Shown here: positions 1 to 8,599 of the stretch, in pieces
Layout of the letters: every line of letters starts with the position of its first letter
How positions within the stretch are numbered: position 1 is the stretch's first letter
Assembly (NCBI GenBank): GCA_965219995.1
Contig: CBDCOX010000002.1
Span: forward strand, 2,816,001 to 2,880,000
From: Candidatus Latescibacterota bacterium
Lineage (GTDB): Bacteria > Latescibacterota > UBA2968 > GCA-2709665
Length of the DNA stretch: 64,000 bases
Direction: 5' to 3'
Translations under genes and position numbers: made by a program
Notes under the pieces: model-generated
Database searches by the model: none
The model's input: only the letters and a program-made list of their open reading frames with translations
What the model was told of the DNA's origin: nothing

Positions 1-1
1 G

Positions 2-898
2 CGAGCGTTACACCGGGCGCACGAAATTCCCGAGCGGGTCGTGCGCGACAGCATGGATCAGATTTACCTGAGAGGCGTAACGTGCAGCGAAATCTTCGGC
101 CGGTGGGGCCTGGACGGACACGCGGCCCGCTGGCTGGCCAATTTCCTCCGCGGCGACATCTACGCCCTGGGCCGCCTCGAACACCAGTTCAACGTGATGA
201 ACGACCCGTTTCGCGTCTATCGCCACCGGGAGTCGTCCATGGTCGTCGCGCTGAGCGAAGACGACGTCTCCTATCGCCCGGACGGCCAGCGGCAACGGGG
301 CGGAGATCCGCCGGCGGCGTGGACCTCCCGGCTCCTGGTCACAAGAGACAAGATCGCCGGTCACCCCGTCCTCCCCACCGGCTGCGCCATTGAAGAGTTG
401 GTGACGCTCGACGCGGCCGACTGGGTTCCTGTCCTTCAGCGCGGCGATCCCGTGCTTTATTTTCACATTCCAGGCGGAATCCCGCTGGAGCATGCCGCGT
501 GTGGAGAATCGTTCAGGGCGGCAATGGACTTCTTTCCCCGGCATTTTCCCGATCGCCCGTACAAAGCATTCTTCTGCGGCTCCTGGTTGCTGGACACGCA
601 GTTGGAAGACTGGCTGCCGGCGGGGTCAAATCTGGTGCGTTTCCTGCGGGAGTTCTACCTGGTGCCCGGCGGCATTTCCAAACGGTCCATTCTGCAGACG
701 GTGTTCGGGACCGCGGCCGACGATCTGAGCAGGGCGCCCGTCGACACGTCGCTCCAGCGGGCAATGCTGAAACATGTTTCGCTGGGCAGGCCGATCGATC
801 CCCGGGCCGGAAAATGCTTTATGTTCCCCGAAGACCTGGACTGGGGTCGACAGGTTTACCGAACGTCGAAGTTTCCACGGCATCTGGTCGGTGAATGA
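2..898 (+). CDS. Acyltransferase-domain protein (GNAT-like C-terminal domain, Orf11*/Dbv8-like family); 5' end truncated by the window edge
   Basis: Frame is open from nt 2. Motifs LGRLE, FHIPGG.PL, AFFCGSWLLD and SNLVRF match the NAT_N/GNAT_C acyltransferase pattern. Confidence 0.65.
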   Translation, partial: RALHRAHEIPERVVRDSMDQIYLRGVTCSEIFGRWGLDGHAARWLANFLRGDIYALGRLEHQFNVMNDPFRVYRHRESSMVVALSEDDVSYRPDGQRQRGGDPPAAWTSRLLVTRDKIAGHPVLPTGCAIEELVTLDAADWVPVLQRGDPVLYFHIPGGIPLEHAACGESFRAAMDFFPRHFPDRPYKAFFCGSWLLDTQLEDWLPAGSNLVRFLREFYLVPGGISKRSILQTVFGTAADDLSRAPVDTSLQRAMLKHVSLGRPIDPRAGKCFMFPEDLDWGRQVYRTSKFPRHLVGE

Positions 899-1006
899 TT
901 CGAAATACGCGTCGGATTCGGGGAGAGAACGCAACGCTGTCATTCGGTCACAAGGGCCGGACGCGGCCCGGATGGACTCTATCAACGGGCTGATAAGGAG
1001 GTCGAC

Positions 1007-2137
1007 ATGGAGCGGTTCGGACAGCTCGAACTGGACTACCTGGCGAAAGTAATCGCCAGCGGGACGCTGAACAGCAAGACAGGCAAGTTCACGTCGCAAT
1101 TGGAGGAGCGATTTGCAAAGTGGGTGGGCGCCGAATACGCCGTGGCGATGAACAGCGCGATGAGCGTGCTGCACACCGCTGTGGCGGCCTCGGGCGTTGG
1201 ACCGGGCGTGGAGGTGATATGCGACCCGGTGGTCCACTTCGGGGGCGCGGCGGTGATGTACCACAACGGGGTGCCGGTATTCTGCGATATTTTCGAGGAT
1301 AGCTGGAATATGGATCCCGAATCGCTGGAGGCGTCCATCACGGAACACACGGGCGCCGTCATCTGCACGCCGATGTGGGGCAATCCGCCGGACTACGACG
1401 GGATTCTCCGGGTGGCGGACAGGTACGGCCTGCCCGTGATCGAAGACGTGGCGCATGGGGTCGGGGGTTCGTACCGCGGCAGGCCCCTGGGAACGCTTGG
1501 GGCGATCGGATCGTACAGCTTTCAGGAGGCCAAACACCTCACCAGCGGCGACGGCGGCATGGCGGTGACCGACCGTCCCGAAATGCTGCAGAAGATGCTC
1601 GAGATGAGGATCATCAAGACGTCGCTCGGCTGGAATTATCGCATGACGGAACTACAGGCCGGTGTGATGCTGGCGCAGATGGACCGGGCCGATGACATCA
1701 TCGCGGCGCATCACAGGGCCGGGGCGCTCTACCGCGAGGCCGCGAAGGAATCCCCCTGGCTCGTTCCCCAGCGCGTGGACGAGGGATGCGTCAACGCATA
1801 TCACGCCGTTGCCTTTCGGTTCGAAGGCGACAGCGTGGGAATTCCGGTGGAACGTTTCCAGAAGTCCATGGCCGAGCACGGATGTCCGGTCTCGATCGGG
1901 TACAAGCGACGTTCTGCCGCTGAGGATCCGATTTTCACGGAGGTCCTCGCCTATGGGAAAGGGTGTCCCATCCGGTGCCCCCATTACGGAGGCCAGGCGC
2001 GCTACGGACCAGGCGTGACGCCCGTGGCCGACCGCGCGGTCCCCCGCATGGTGGTGATGCCGATGGATGTGTATACACCGGGGAAGACCGAGGAGTACGC
2101 GGAACGGATCCAGGCGGGGTTGAGCGCGCTTGCGTGA
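1007..2137 (+). CDS. DegT/DnrJ/EryC1/StrS family PLP-dependent aminotransferase
   Basis: VIEDVAHG, SYSFQEAKHLTSGDGG (PLP lysine) and GWNYRMTELQA motifs; AAGGAGG RBS upstream. Confidence 0.9.
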   Translation: MERFGQLELDYLAKVIASGTLNSKTGKFTSQLEERFAKWVGAEYAVAMNSAMSVLHTAVAASGVGPGVEVICDPVVHFGGAAVMYHNGVPVFCDIFEDSWNMDPESLEASITEHTGAVICTPMWGNPPDYDGILRVADRYGLPVIEDVAHGVGGSYRGRPLGTLGAIGSYSFQEAKHLTSGDGGMAVTDRPEMLQKMLEMRIIKTSLGWNYRMTELQAGVMLAQMDRADDIIAAHHRAGALYREAAKESPWLVPQRVDEGCVNAYHAVAFRFEGDSVGIPVERFQKSMAEHGCPVSIGYKRRSAAEDPIFTEVLAYGKGCPIRCPHYGGQARYGPGVTPVADRAVPRMVVMPMDVYTPGKTEEYAERIQAGLSALA

Positions 2138-2219
2138 TCGATGGGCGAGGGTTTCCAGTTCTGGATCGGTTCCATTACTTGGGGGGAACCGGCAGCCACG
2201 ACGGATCGCGCTCCGAGAT

Positions 2220-3137
2220 CTACTGATAAATCCTTTCCAGGTTGAAATTTCCAATGTCCTCCGACTCGACTGCACGGATGATCTGTTCCCGGGTCGAACC
2301 GACAAATGTAAACGGACGGGATAATCGTACGAGGAGTGCGAACCGGTACATCTCCATGTCTATCTCACCATATCCCTCCAGTATATGATCTCGCGTCCAT
2401 GACAGCCCGAAGCGCATGCCCCAGCACTCCCAGTTTGTGAAGTCCCACATTGGCCAGCCTACACCGATTTCCTCCACGTCGACAAACCCGGCGACTTTCG
2501 GCTTCGAACGATCAAAGACGATGATATTGCTGAAGTGGGTATCCGTAAAACACAGCGTCCTGATCAATTCTCCGGGAATGGACGCAGCGTATTTCTCAAA
2601 CAATCGCCGGTATTTTCTTTCGAAATCCTTATCGATCAACTCCGCCTCACGAAGCTGCCCGACGAAATCCTCCATGCGCTGATACGCGCCGGCTCTGGTG
2701 TGCTTGAAAATATACTCCGGGATCGGCGCGGCCACGTTTACGTCGTGCAAGCGGCGCAGCGCCCGGCCCAGCTCCCGACAGAGCGCGTGGCTCTTCTCTC
2801 CCGGTCCTTCTCTTCCGATGATCTCGGATGATGGCACCGCCTCGATCCAGGATATCAGCAGACAGCCGTTCGGAAAATCCGAATCGGGTTCAATCGTTGC
2901 CTCTACGTGCGGACACGGCACGCCCCCCTTGCGCATCTGCTCGTACGCCCATTTCTGCCGAAGAAGCGGGATTGGACTGTTCTCGATTCGAAGTAGATGC
3001 CGTCGCCCTGACTTGCACGTCACCAACAGGTCATCTCGTTCGTCTTTTACAGGCGCAACGGAGACAACAGGAGATTTGTCGATGGACTCGATCAGGTCCC
3101 GCAGTTTGGAATTGAGACCGCTTTGGGGGGATGTCAT
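2220..3137 (-). CDS. Aminoglycoside phosphotransferase (APH)/choline kinase-like protein
   Basis: GVPCP, LGRALRRLH, a Brenner-like xTDTHFSNI motif, GFVDVEE and GWPMWD. Confidence 0.75.
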   Translation of the reverse strand: MTSPQSGLNSKLRDLIESIDKSPVVSVAPVKDERDDLLVTCKSGRRHLLRIENSPIPLLRQKWAYEQMRKGGVPCPHVEATIEPDSDFPNGCLLISWIEAVPSSEIIGREGPGEKSHALCRELGRALRRLHDVNVAAPIPEYIFKHTRAGAYQRMEDFVGQLREAELIDKDFERKYRRLFEKYAASIPGELIRTLCFTDTHFSNIIVFDRSKPKVAGFVDVEEIGVGWPMWDFTNWECWGMRFGLSWTRDHILEGYGEIDMEMYRFALLVRLSRPFTFVGSTREQIIRAVESEDIGNFNLERIYQ

Positions 3138-3365
3138 TGCGGGTCTTTGCGAAGTGATTCGGTGCCCGGCGAGTTCACAAGGGATGTGGTTCGGCGAATA
3201 CCGCCGTTTCCGTCTCGAGTGGATCGGCGTTCAAAACGGACGACAAGAGAACATACGTCTCCGGGCAGGCCAATCGATCCCGACACCGGGAAATGACTGA
3301 TGTTTCAGCACGCTCCAGCAACGGATCGGCGGACCATTGAAAGTCGAGATGCCGCACCGTTGTGT

Positions 3366-4226
3366 TCAATGACCGTGCACTTCTTCCATTCCGTGAACGG
3401 CGCTGGATTCAACGAAATAGAGGGCGTAGGCCAGACCGATTCCCACAAGAAGCGCTGCAATGAGTTTGCCGCGGTCGTGGCTGTGGAAATGGATCTCGGG
3501 CAGCAGATCGCTCAAAGCAATGCACAGGAACGCGCCGGCGGCAAATGCAAGCACATAGCCGACGACCGAGCCATCGTCCGGGCCGAGAAGTCCCACGCCC
3601 CAGAAACTGGCAAGAGCGACAATCGGACACAGTGAAGCAAACGCGACGTTCGCCGCCGCGCGCGCGCGCGCGCCGTGGCCCGCGAACTTCATCATGCCGA
3701 TGATGGAATACGCATCCAGCGGCTTGTGAAGCACGATGGCGAGGAAAACACCGAGCGCGGGCAGCGCCCCTCCGTCTTCATGCGGCGAACTCACCCGCAT
3801 GCTGGTGCCCAGGGCGACGCCTTCTGTTACGGTATGTACCCCGAGGCCCATGGCGACCCCGAACATGCTTCGCGTCTGCGCGCCTGAATGTCCGTGGTCG
3901 TGATGGTCGTACAGTTCGCCCGCCTCGGTACTGAAGTCGTGCTGATGGAAATGGAAGATGCGCAGCAGGAATATCATCAGGATCATGCCGAAGACCACCC
4001 ACGCCACGGCTCTTTCAACATTTCCGGGTCCGCTGATCCGTTCCAGACTGTGAGGGAAGAGATGGTACATGGCGATTCCCAGGATAAAACCCGCCACGAG
4101 GCTCATCAGGACCTGTATCCGCGTATGGGTCATGGATCCCAGAACGGCCAGTCTCCCGCCGATGAAGGAAACGGCAAAGATACCGAGTGAATATCCGAAA
4201 ATGATCAATAACCCGTCGTAATCCAC
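3366..4226 (-). CDS. ZIP family metal (Zn/Fe/Mn) transporter
   Basis: About 8 hydrophobic segments, His-rich loop (FHFHQH...DHHDHGH), GVHTVTEG and IVLHKPLD metal-site motifs, LSDLLPE. Confidence 0.9.
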   Translation of the reverse strand: MDYDGLLIIFGYSLGIFAVSFIGGRLAVLGSMTHTRIQVLMSLVAGFILGIAMYHLFPHSLERISGPGNVERAVAWVVFGMILMIFLLRIFHFHQHDFSTEAGELYDHHDHGHSGAQTRSMFGVAMGLGVHTVTEGVALGTSMRVSSPHEDGGALPALGVFLAIVLHKPLDAYSIIGMMKFAGHGARARAAANVAFASLCPIVALASFWGVGLLGPDDGSVVGYVLAFAAGAFLCIALSDLLPEIHFHSHDRGKLIAALLVGIGLAYALYFVESSAVHGMEEVHGH

Positions 4227-4459
4227 AATAACCTCACCTCAATTTTCCCGGGGAAGCCGCACTGTCCTCTCCGGCACGTGTGCCCGCGCACGTGCCCTGG
4301 CGGCGACTCAATTTGGCCGGATGCCAGACCGGAAACTCCCTCAAGTAACCCCGTGGTCGCACAAACCGTTTCTTCAATAGGAATTGTTCGGGGGCAACCC
4401 ATGATTTCCGCCCCGGATTGCCCCCGAAGAATCCATGTCCCGCGACGACCGAAAGGATT

Positions 4460-4948
4460 TCAGAAGAACCACATCAGAAGTATAATGGCGCTCAGCCCAC
4501 CCAGCATGAACCCCCCTATGCTGACCGCGCCCGACGCCAGTGAATAGTCGGCGATACGAAACGTCTGATCGCCCAGAGTGAAGAGTACCTCGGTACGGTT
4601 GATCTCCCCGTCGACGAATCGTTTCAGTGCCTCTTCCGCGCTGTGGGCTTCTTTCACCGAGACCATGGCCACCAGAATCATCGTCGCCGCGGACGCGAGG
4701 GTTCCGATCGCAAAAATTAGCAGTGTCGTGAGGGCCACCCAGTGGTAGGCCGCGTCCTCGGTTCCCGAAGGAGAACTCATGAATCCGATAATCAGCGCGG
4801 CGCCGCCCGCGTTGCCCAGCAGCAACAGGCGGGCCGACTCGGTAATCAGCCTGAACATCGTACCGCGCCGCATGTGGACGACCTTGTAGAGTTCGCGCAA
4901 CCACTCTTCGCCGATTTCTTCAACGGTAAACTCATCCACCTTTTTCAA
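4460..4948 (-). CDS. Small hypothetical membrane protein (3-4 TM)
   Basis: TTG start 3 nt after the upstream stop, GGAG RBS, hydrophobic segments including LLLGNAGGAALIIGF. Confidence 0.65.
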   Translation of the reverse strand: MKKVDEFTVEEIGEEWLRELYKVVHMRRGTMFRLITESARLLLLGNAGGAALIIGFMSSPSGTEDAAYHWVALTTLLIFAIGTLASAATMILVAMVSVKEAHSAEEALKRFVDGEINRTEVLFTLGDQTFRIADYSLASGAVSIGGFMLGGLSAIILLMWFF

Positions 4949-4951
4949 GGG

Positions 4952-6103
4952 TCAATCTCCTCCGAGATCGATCAGCCGGACGTAGCGCGAACCTGAGTTG
5001 GTTCCGGGCTCGAACGCGAGCTTCCAATCGTCGATTGCAACCGGTCCCGACGTCAATGCCTGTTCCAGGAAGTTCTCCCGCGTCAACCTGTCGCCCATGC
5101 GCCCCAGCACCTCAACGACGAAGCGGCCGAGAATATATCCTTCGAGCGAGACCTCGTTGATGCCGTAACTCCCGTTCCCCGCCTGTTGCCTTTCCGCCGC
5201 CCCCATGGCGCGATGGAAATTGCGCACAACCTGCATGTTCGTATCTTCCGCATCGGGCATCACTTCGGAGACCAGGATTCTGTCGTTCGGCGCGTCGATT
5301 CTCTTCTTCAACTCGTATGACAGGACGAATGACAGGTTGGCCATGATGTATCTGTAGCCCAGGGAGTGCGCCAGGTTGATGATTTCAGCGTTGGAAGCAT
5401 AGGCGCCCACGATCATGATGGCTTCCAGGTCCGCCTTGGCCAGGGCGAACAGACTTGCCTGTACTGCGTGTGTATTCCTCGAAAAGGCAGTCTTCCCCAG
5501 AATGGGAATCCCCATCCCGTCGAGCACCGACTTATAGTTCCTGAGGACGGAGCGCCCGAAAGCGTCGTCCTGATAGATAATGCCGAACCGCTTCTTGCCG
5601 CGCTTCCTCAGGATGTGGTTCACCAGAACGCGGGTCTCGTCCAGATAACCGGCTCTGAGGTTTACGACGTTGGGAAACCGCCTGGCGTTGCGCAGAAACG
5701 AGGCGCCCGTAAAGGGACCCACAAAGGGAATCGTCGCCGTCTTCAGCACCGGCGCAATGCGTTTCGCCGTGGGTGTACCCACACCGCCGATGACGGCGAA
5801 CACGTCGTTTTCGGCTGCGAAACGTTCCGCGTTGGCGGCCGCCAGTTCCGGCTCGTACGCGTCGTCCAGGGAAATCAGCCTGAGAATTCTGCCGTTGACG
5901 CCGCCGCGGCGGTTCGCCTCGTGCAAGGCCGCGCGAATGCCTGCCCGATAGTTGAATCCCAACTGCCTGTTCGGCCCGGAGAAACACGCGCTTTGACCGA
6001 AGACAATCGTCGTATCGCTGACACCTTGCGCCGCGAGGGACGTCGCGACAGGCAGCAGCGCGAGCCAGAATACCAATAGCCCACTGACGATGTGTGCCGC
6101 CAT
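4952..6103 (-). CDS. Periplasmic binding protein, LIV/branched-chain amino acid type (PBP1)
   Basis: Signal peptide; FGQSACFSGP, GGVNGR, DDAYEP, VGTPT and YQDDAFG motifs. Confidence 0.88.
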   Translation of the reverse strand: MAAHIVSGLLVFWLALLPVATSLAAQGVSDTTIVFGQSACFSGPNRQLGFNYRAGIRAALHEANRRGGVNGRILRLISLDDAYEPELAAANAERFAAENDVFAVIGGVGTPTAKRIAPVLKTATIPFVGPFTGASFLRNARRFPNVVNLRAGYLDETRVLVNHILRKRGKKRFGIIYQDDAFGRSVLRNYKSVLDGMGIPILGKTAFSRNTHAVQASLFALAKADLEAIMIVGAYASNAEIINLAHSLGYRYIMANLSFVLSYELKKRIDAPNDRILVSEVMPDAEDTNMQVVRNFHRAMGAAERQQAGNGSYGINEVSLEGYILGRFVVEVLGRMGDRLTRENFLEQALTSGPVAIDDWKLAFEPGTNSGSRYVRLIDLGGD

Positions 6104-6133
6104 TCGCTACCCTCTTCCCGAGGCGTGTCACAT

Positions 6134-7570
6134 CTACTTCGACGTGGCGCCACCCTCCCCCTTCGTTCCCGATTTGCCGGCAGCCACGTCCTGCTTCCCC
6201 TGCTTGACGGCGGCCTTCGCTTTCTTTTTCTTGCCCTGCCCCGGGGCGACCTTCGTTTTCTTCACGGATTTGACGCCTGTCATTGCCTGCGTCGTCGACC
6301 TTGCATCCTCCTCAGGGAGCACCTCCACCATCGGCTTCTCCTGCTGCTGCCGGCTGAACCGTTTGCCTCGCACAACGTGGCTATGAGAGAATATCGAAGG
6401 TGTGTCGAAAATGAGCGACCGGGGGTTGGCCACGAGCAGGTGATCGCGTTCCGCGCGCACTCTGTGAAACTGGCCGTCGAGCGTGAGTCTGTCCTCATCG
6501 ACGTTTTCGATCTTATGTATATCGGGCATTTGCGTTGATGATAACGCCATCCTGCCGGCCGCCGCGCCACCTCCGGCGGGCGGTTCCCCCAGCGCCAGGT
6601 CCGCAGGCGTGAATCCGTCTCCCACGCCGTCGATCATGTTGATATCGATGGCAGACTGATTGGCCGGGTTGACCGCCGCCAGGCTTGCCTCCGAGAAAAT
6701 CTGGCGCATTCGATCCCAGTAGCGCGTGATTCGAACGTGCGAGGGTTGCTTCCGGTATTCCGACAGCAGTGCGGTAAACGCTCCGGCGCTGCTTCCGGCC
6801 TGCACAATCCGCTCTTGCGCCCTCGCCTTTGCCTCCAGCACCAGCGCCTCGGCCTGTCCGCGGCTGCGGGCGATCAACTGCTCCTTCTGGCGGTTGGCGT
6901 CACTGACCGCCTTTGCACGTTCCGCGAACGCGTCGCTGACGTCTCGAAACGCGGCGATGGTTTCCTCAATCGGGCGCACGTCGACGATGTCGAGCGAAAC
7001 AAGTTCGATCCCGATCTCGCGGTTCTCGAGCCAGCCGGTAACCCGTTCGAACAACCGGCTTTGAATTATGTTTCGATTCGAGGTGAGAATCAGGTCGATG
7101 AAATTCTCGCCCAGGACGTCGATCAACTCTTCCCTGGTGTATGCGGTCAACATCGCAGTGGGATCGGAGGAAGTGAACAGGAAGTTTTTGAGATTGTCGA
7201 TCCGGTACTGAAGGGCCACGTCCACTTCGAGCAGATTCACGTCTCCGGACAATATCGTGAAGTTGACCTTGCTTCCCTCCCGGCTGGCCACCTGGAACCG
7301 GGTGACCCGCTTGACCTTGCGGAGGTGTACCTTGTCGATGAAGGGGATGCAATACCGTATTCCGGGGCTGACGTTTTCTTCGACCAACCTGCCGAATCGG
7401 AGCACAACGCCGCGTTCTTCCTTCTTGACAATGTAGAACCCGCTGGCCAGGATGCATACGACCGAGGCGACCGCCGTCCAGACCAGGATTCGCCGCTGGT
7501 GTTTCGAGTAGTAATCGAACACGGCGTAGATGATCCGCGTACTTTGCGGCAATGACGTCTGTTCACTCAT
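6134..7570 (-). CDS. hflK: HflK-like SPFH protein with long C-terminal extension
   Basis: N-terminal TM; SGFYIV..EERGVVLRFG, LSGDVNLLEVDVALQYRI, AAFRDVSDA and ARSRGQA motifs; coiled coil. Confidence 0.8.
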   Translation of the reverse strand: MSEQTSLPQSTRIIYAVFDYYSKHQRRILVWTAVASVVCILASGFYIVKKEERGVVLRFGRLVEENVSPGIRYCIPFIDKVHLRKVKRVTRFQVASREGSKVNFTILSGDVNLLEVDVALQYRIDNLKNFLFTSSDPTAMLTAYTREELIDVLGENFIDLILTSNRNIIQSRLFERVTGWLENREIGIELVSLDIVDVRPIEETIAAFRDVSDAFAERAKAVSDANRQKEQLIARSRGQAEALVLEAKARAQERIVQAGSSAGAFTALLSEYRKQPSHVRITRYWDRMRQIFSEASLAAVNPANQSAIDINMIDGVGDGFTPADLALGEPPAGGGAAAGRMALSSTQMPDIHKIENVDEDRLTLDGQFHRVRAERDHLLVANPRSLIFDTPSIFSHSHVVRGKRFSRQQQEKPMVEVLPEEDARSTTQAMTGVKSVKKTKVAPGQGKKKKAKAAVKQGKQDVAAGKSGTKGEGGATSK

Positions 7571-7588
7571 TTCAGTCGAACTCTCGGA

Positions 7589-8479
7589 TTATCGGGGTGA
7601 GGACCTGCTGTTGAGGTATTTGAAGAGCTCGTTGTCGGCCGGCAGCATCAACGTGGTGTTCCGGTCGATGATCAGATCGTAGCTGTCCAGAGCGCGGATG
7701 AAGCTGTAGAAACCCGGATCCTGCCGGTACGCCTTGCCCAGCAGCGCCATCGCCTCGGCCTCGGCCTTACCGAGAATGGCCGTTGCCTCCGCGTGGGCGT
7801 CCGCCAGCAGCTTTTCGTGTTCGTTAATGGCCAGGGCCTCGATGCGCAGGGCCATTTCCTCGCCCTCGCTGCGGTATCGGGCGGCAATGCGTGCCCGTTC
7901 CGCGATCATTCGCTGAATGACGCTCGGGCGGTTCTCCGTCGGCAGCGTGTATTCGACGATGCCTGCTTCGATCACGTCGATCCCGTAGCTTTCTCTCGCA
8001 ATTGGCGCGATTCGAGCGTGTATTTCCCGCGAAGCCTCGTTCAGGTCTTCGTGTTCCAGTCCCAGCCCGATGAAGGCGTCCAGAGATTTGTTGCTGATGA
8101 TGATCCCGCTGCTGGACAGATAGAGATCCTGCAATCGCTCGACGGCGTTCTTGCCGGTGCGGATCGCCTCCACGAAGAGAATCGGGTCCACGGTCTTCCA
8201 GAGCAGGTATCCGTCGACGCGAACGCTTTTCTGATCGTCGGTGATCAACTCGTGGGGGACGTTCGTCAGCGTATGGATGCGTCGATCCACCTTATAAATT
8301 CTGGAAATCGGGCGGGGCCACTTCACGTGCAATCCCGGTTGCCTCACCGGCGGCGAGATCCTGCCGAAGTGTGTCAATACGCCCTGTTGGGTTTCGTGGA
8401 TAATGTAGATGCTGTCGTAGACGATTGCGCCGACAACCACGGCGAGGGTCGCGGTAATCGTGGCTTTCTTGAGCGTCAT
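7589..8479 (-). CDS. hflC: HflC-like SPFH protein
   Basis: PGLHVKWP, LITDDQK, RMIAERARIAARYRSEGEE and AYRQDPGFYSFIRALDSY motifs. Confidence 0.88.
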   Translation of the reverse strand: MTLKKATITATLAVVVGAIVYDSIYIIHETQQGVLTHFGRISPPVRQPGLHVKWPRPISRIYKVDRRIHTLTNVPHELITDDQKSVRVDGYLLWKTVDPILFVEAIRTGKNAVERLQDLYLSSSGIIISNKSLDAFIGLGLEHEDLNEASREIHARIAPIARESYGIDVIEAGIVEYTLPTENRPSVIQRMIAERARIAARYRSEGEEMALRIEALAINEHEKLLADAHAEATAILGKAEAEAMALLGKAYRQDPGFYSFIRALDSYDLIIDRNTTLMLPADNELFKYLNSRSSPR

Positions 8480-8599
8480 TGCCTTTCCTCGTCAATTAGG
8501 GCGTGCGGGGCGCCCGGTGTCAACGGAATGTCTCTCTATGCTTTCCGGCCGGCATGCGGCTCCGCTGCAAAATGACCGGCCGGCAATGCTTCTTTGAGA

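Noticed and set aside
4227-4459. Metal riboswitch (yybP-ykoY or NiCo) ahead of the ZIP gene
   Set aside because: Only a generic hairpin (~4387-4428) is present; no consensus motifs recognised.
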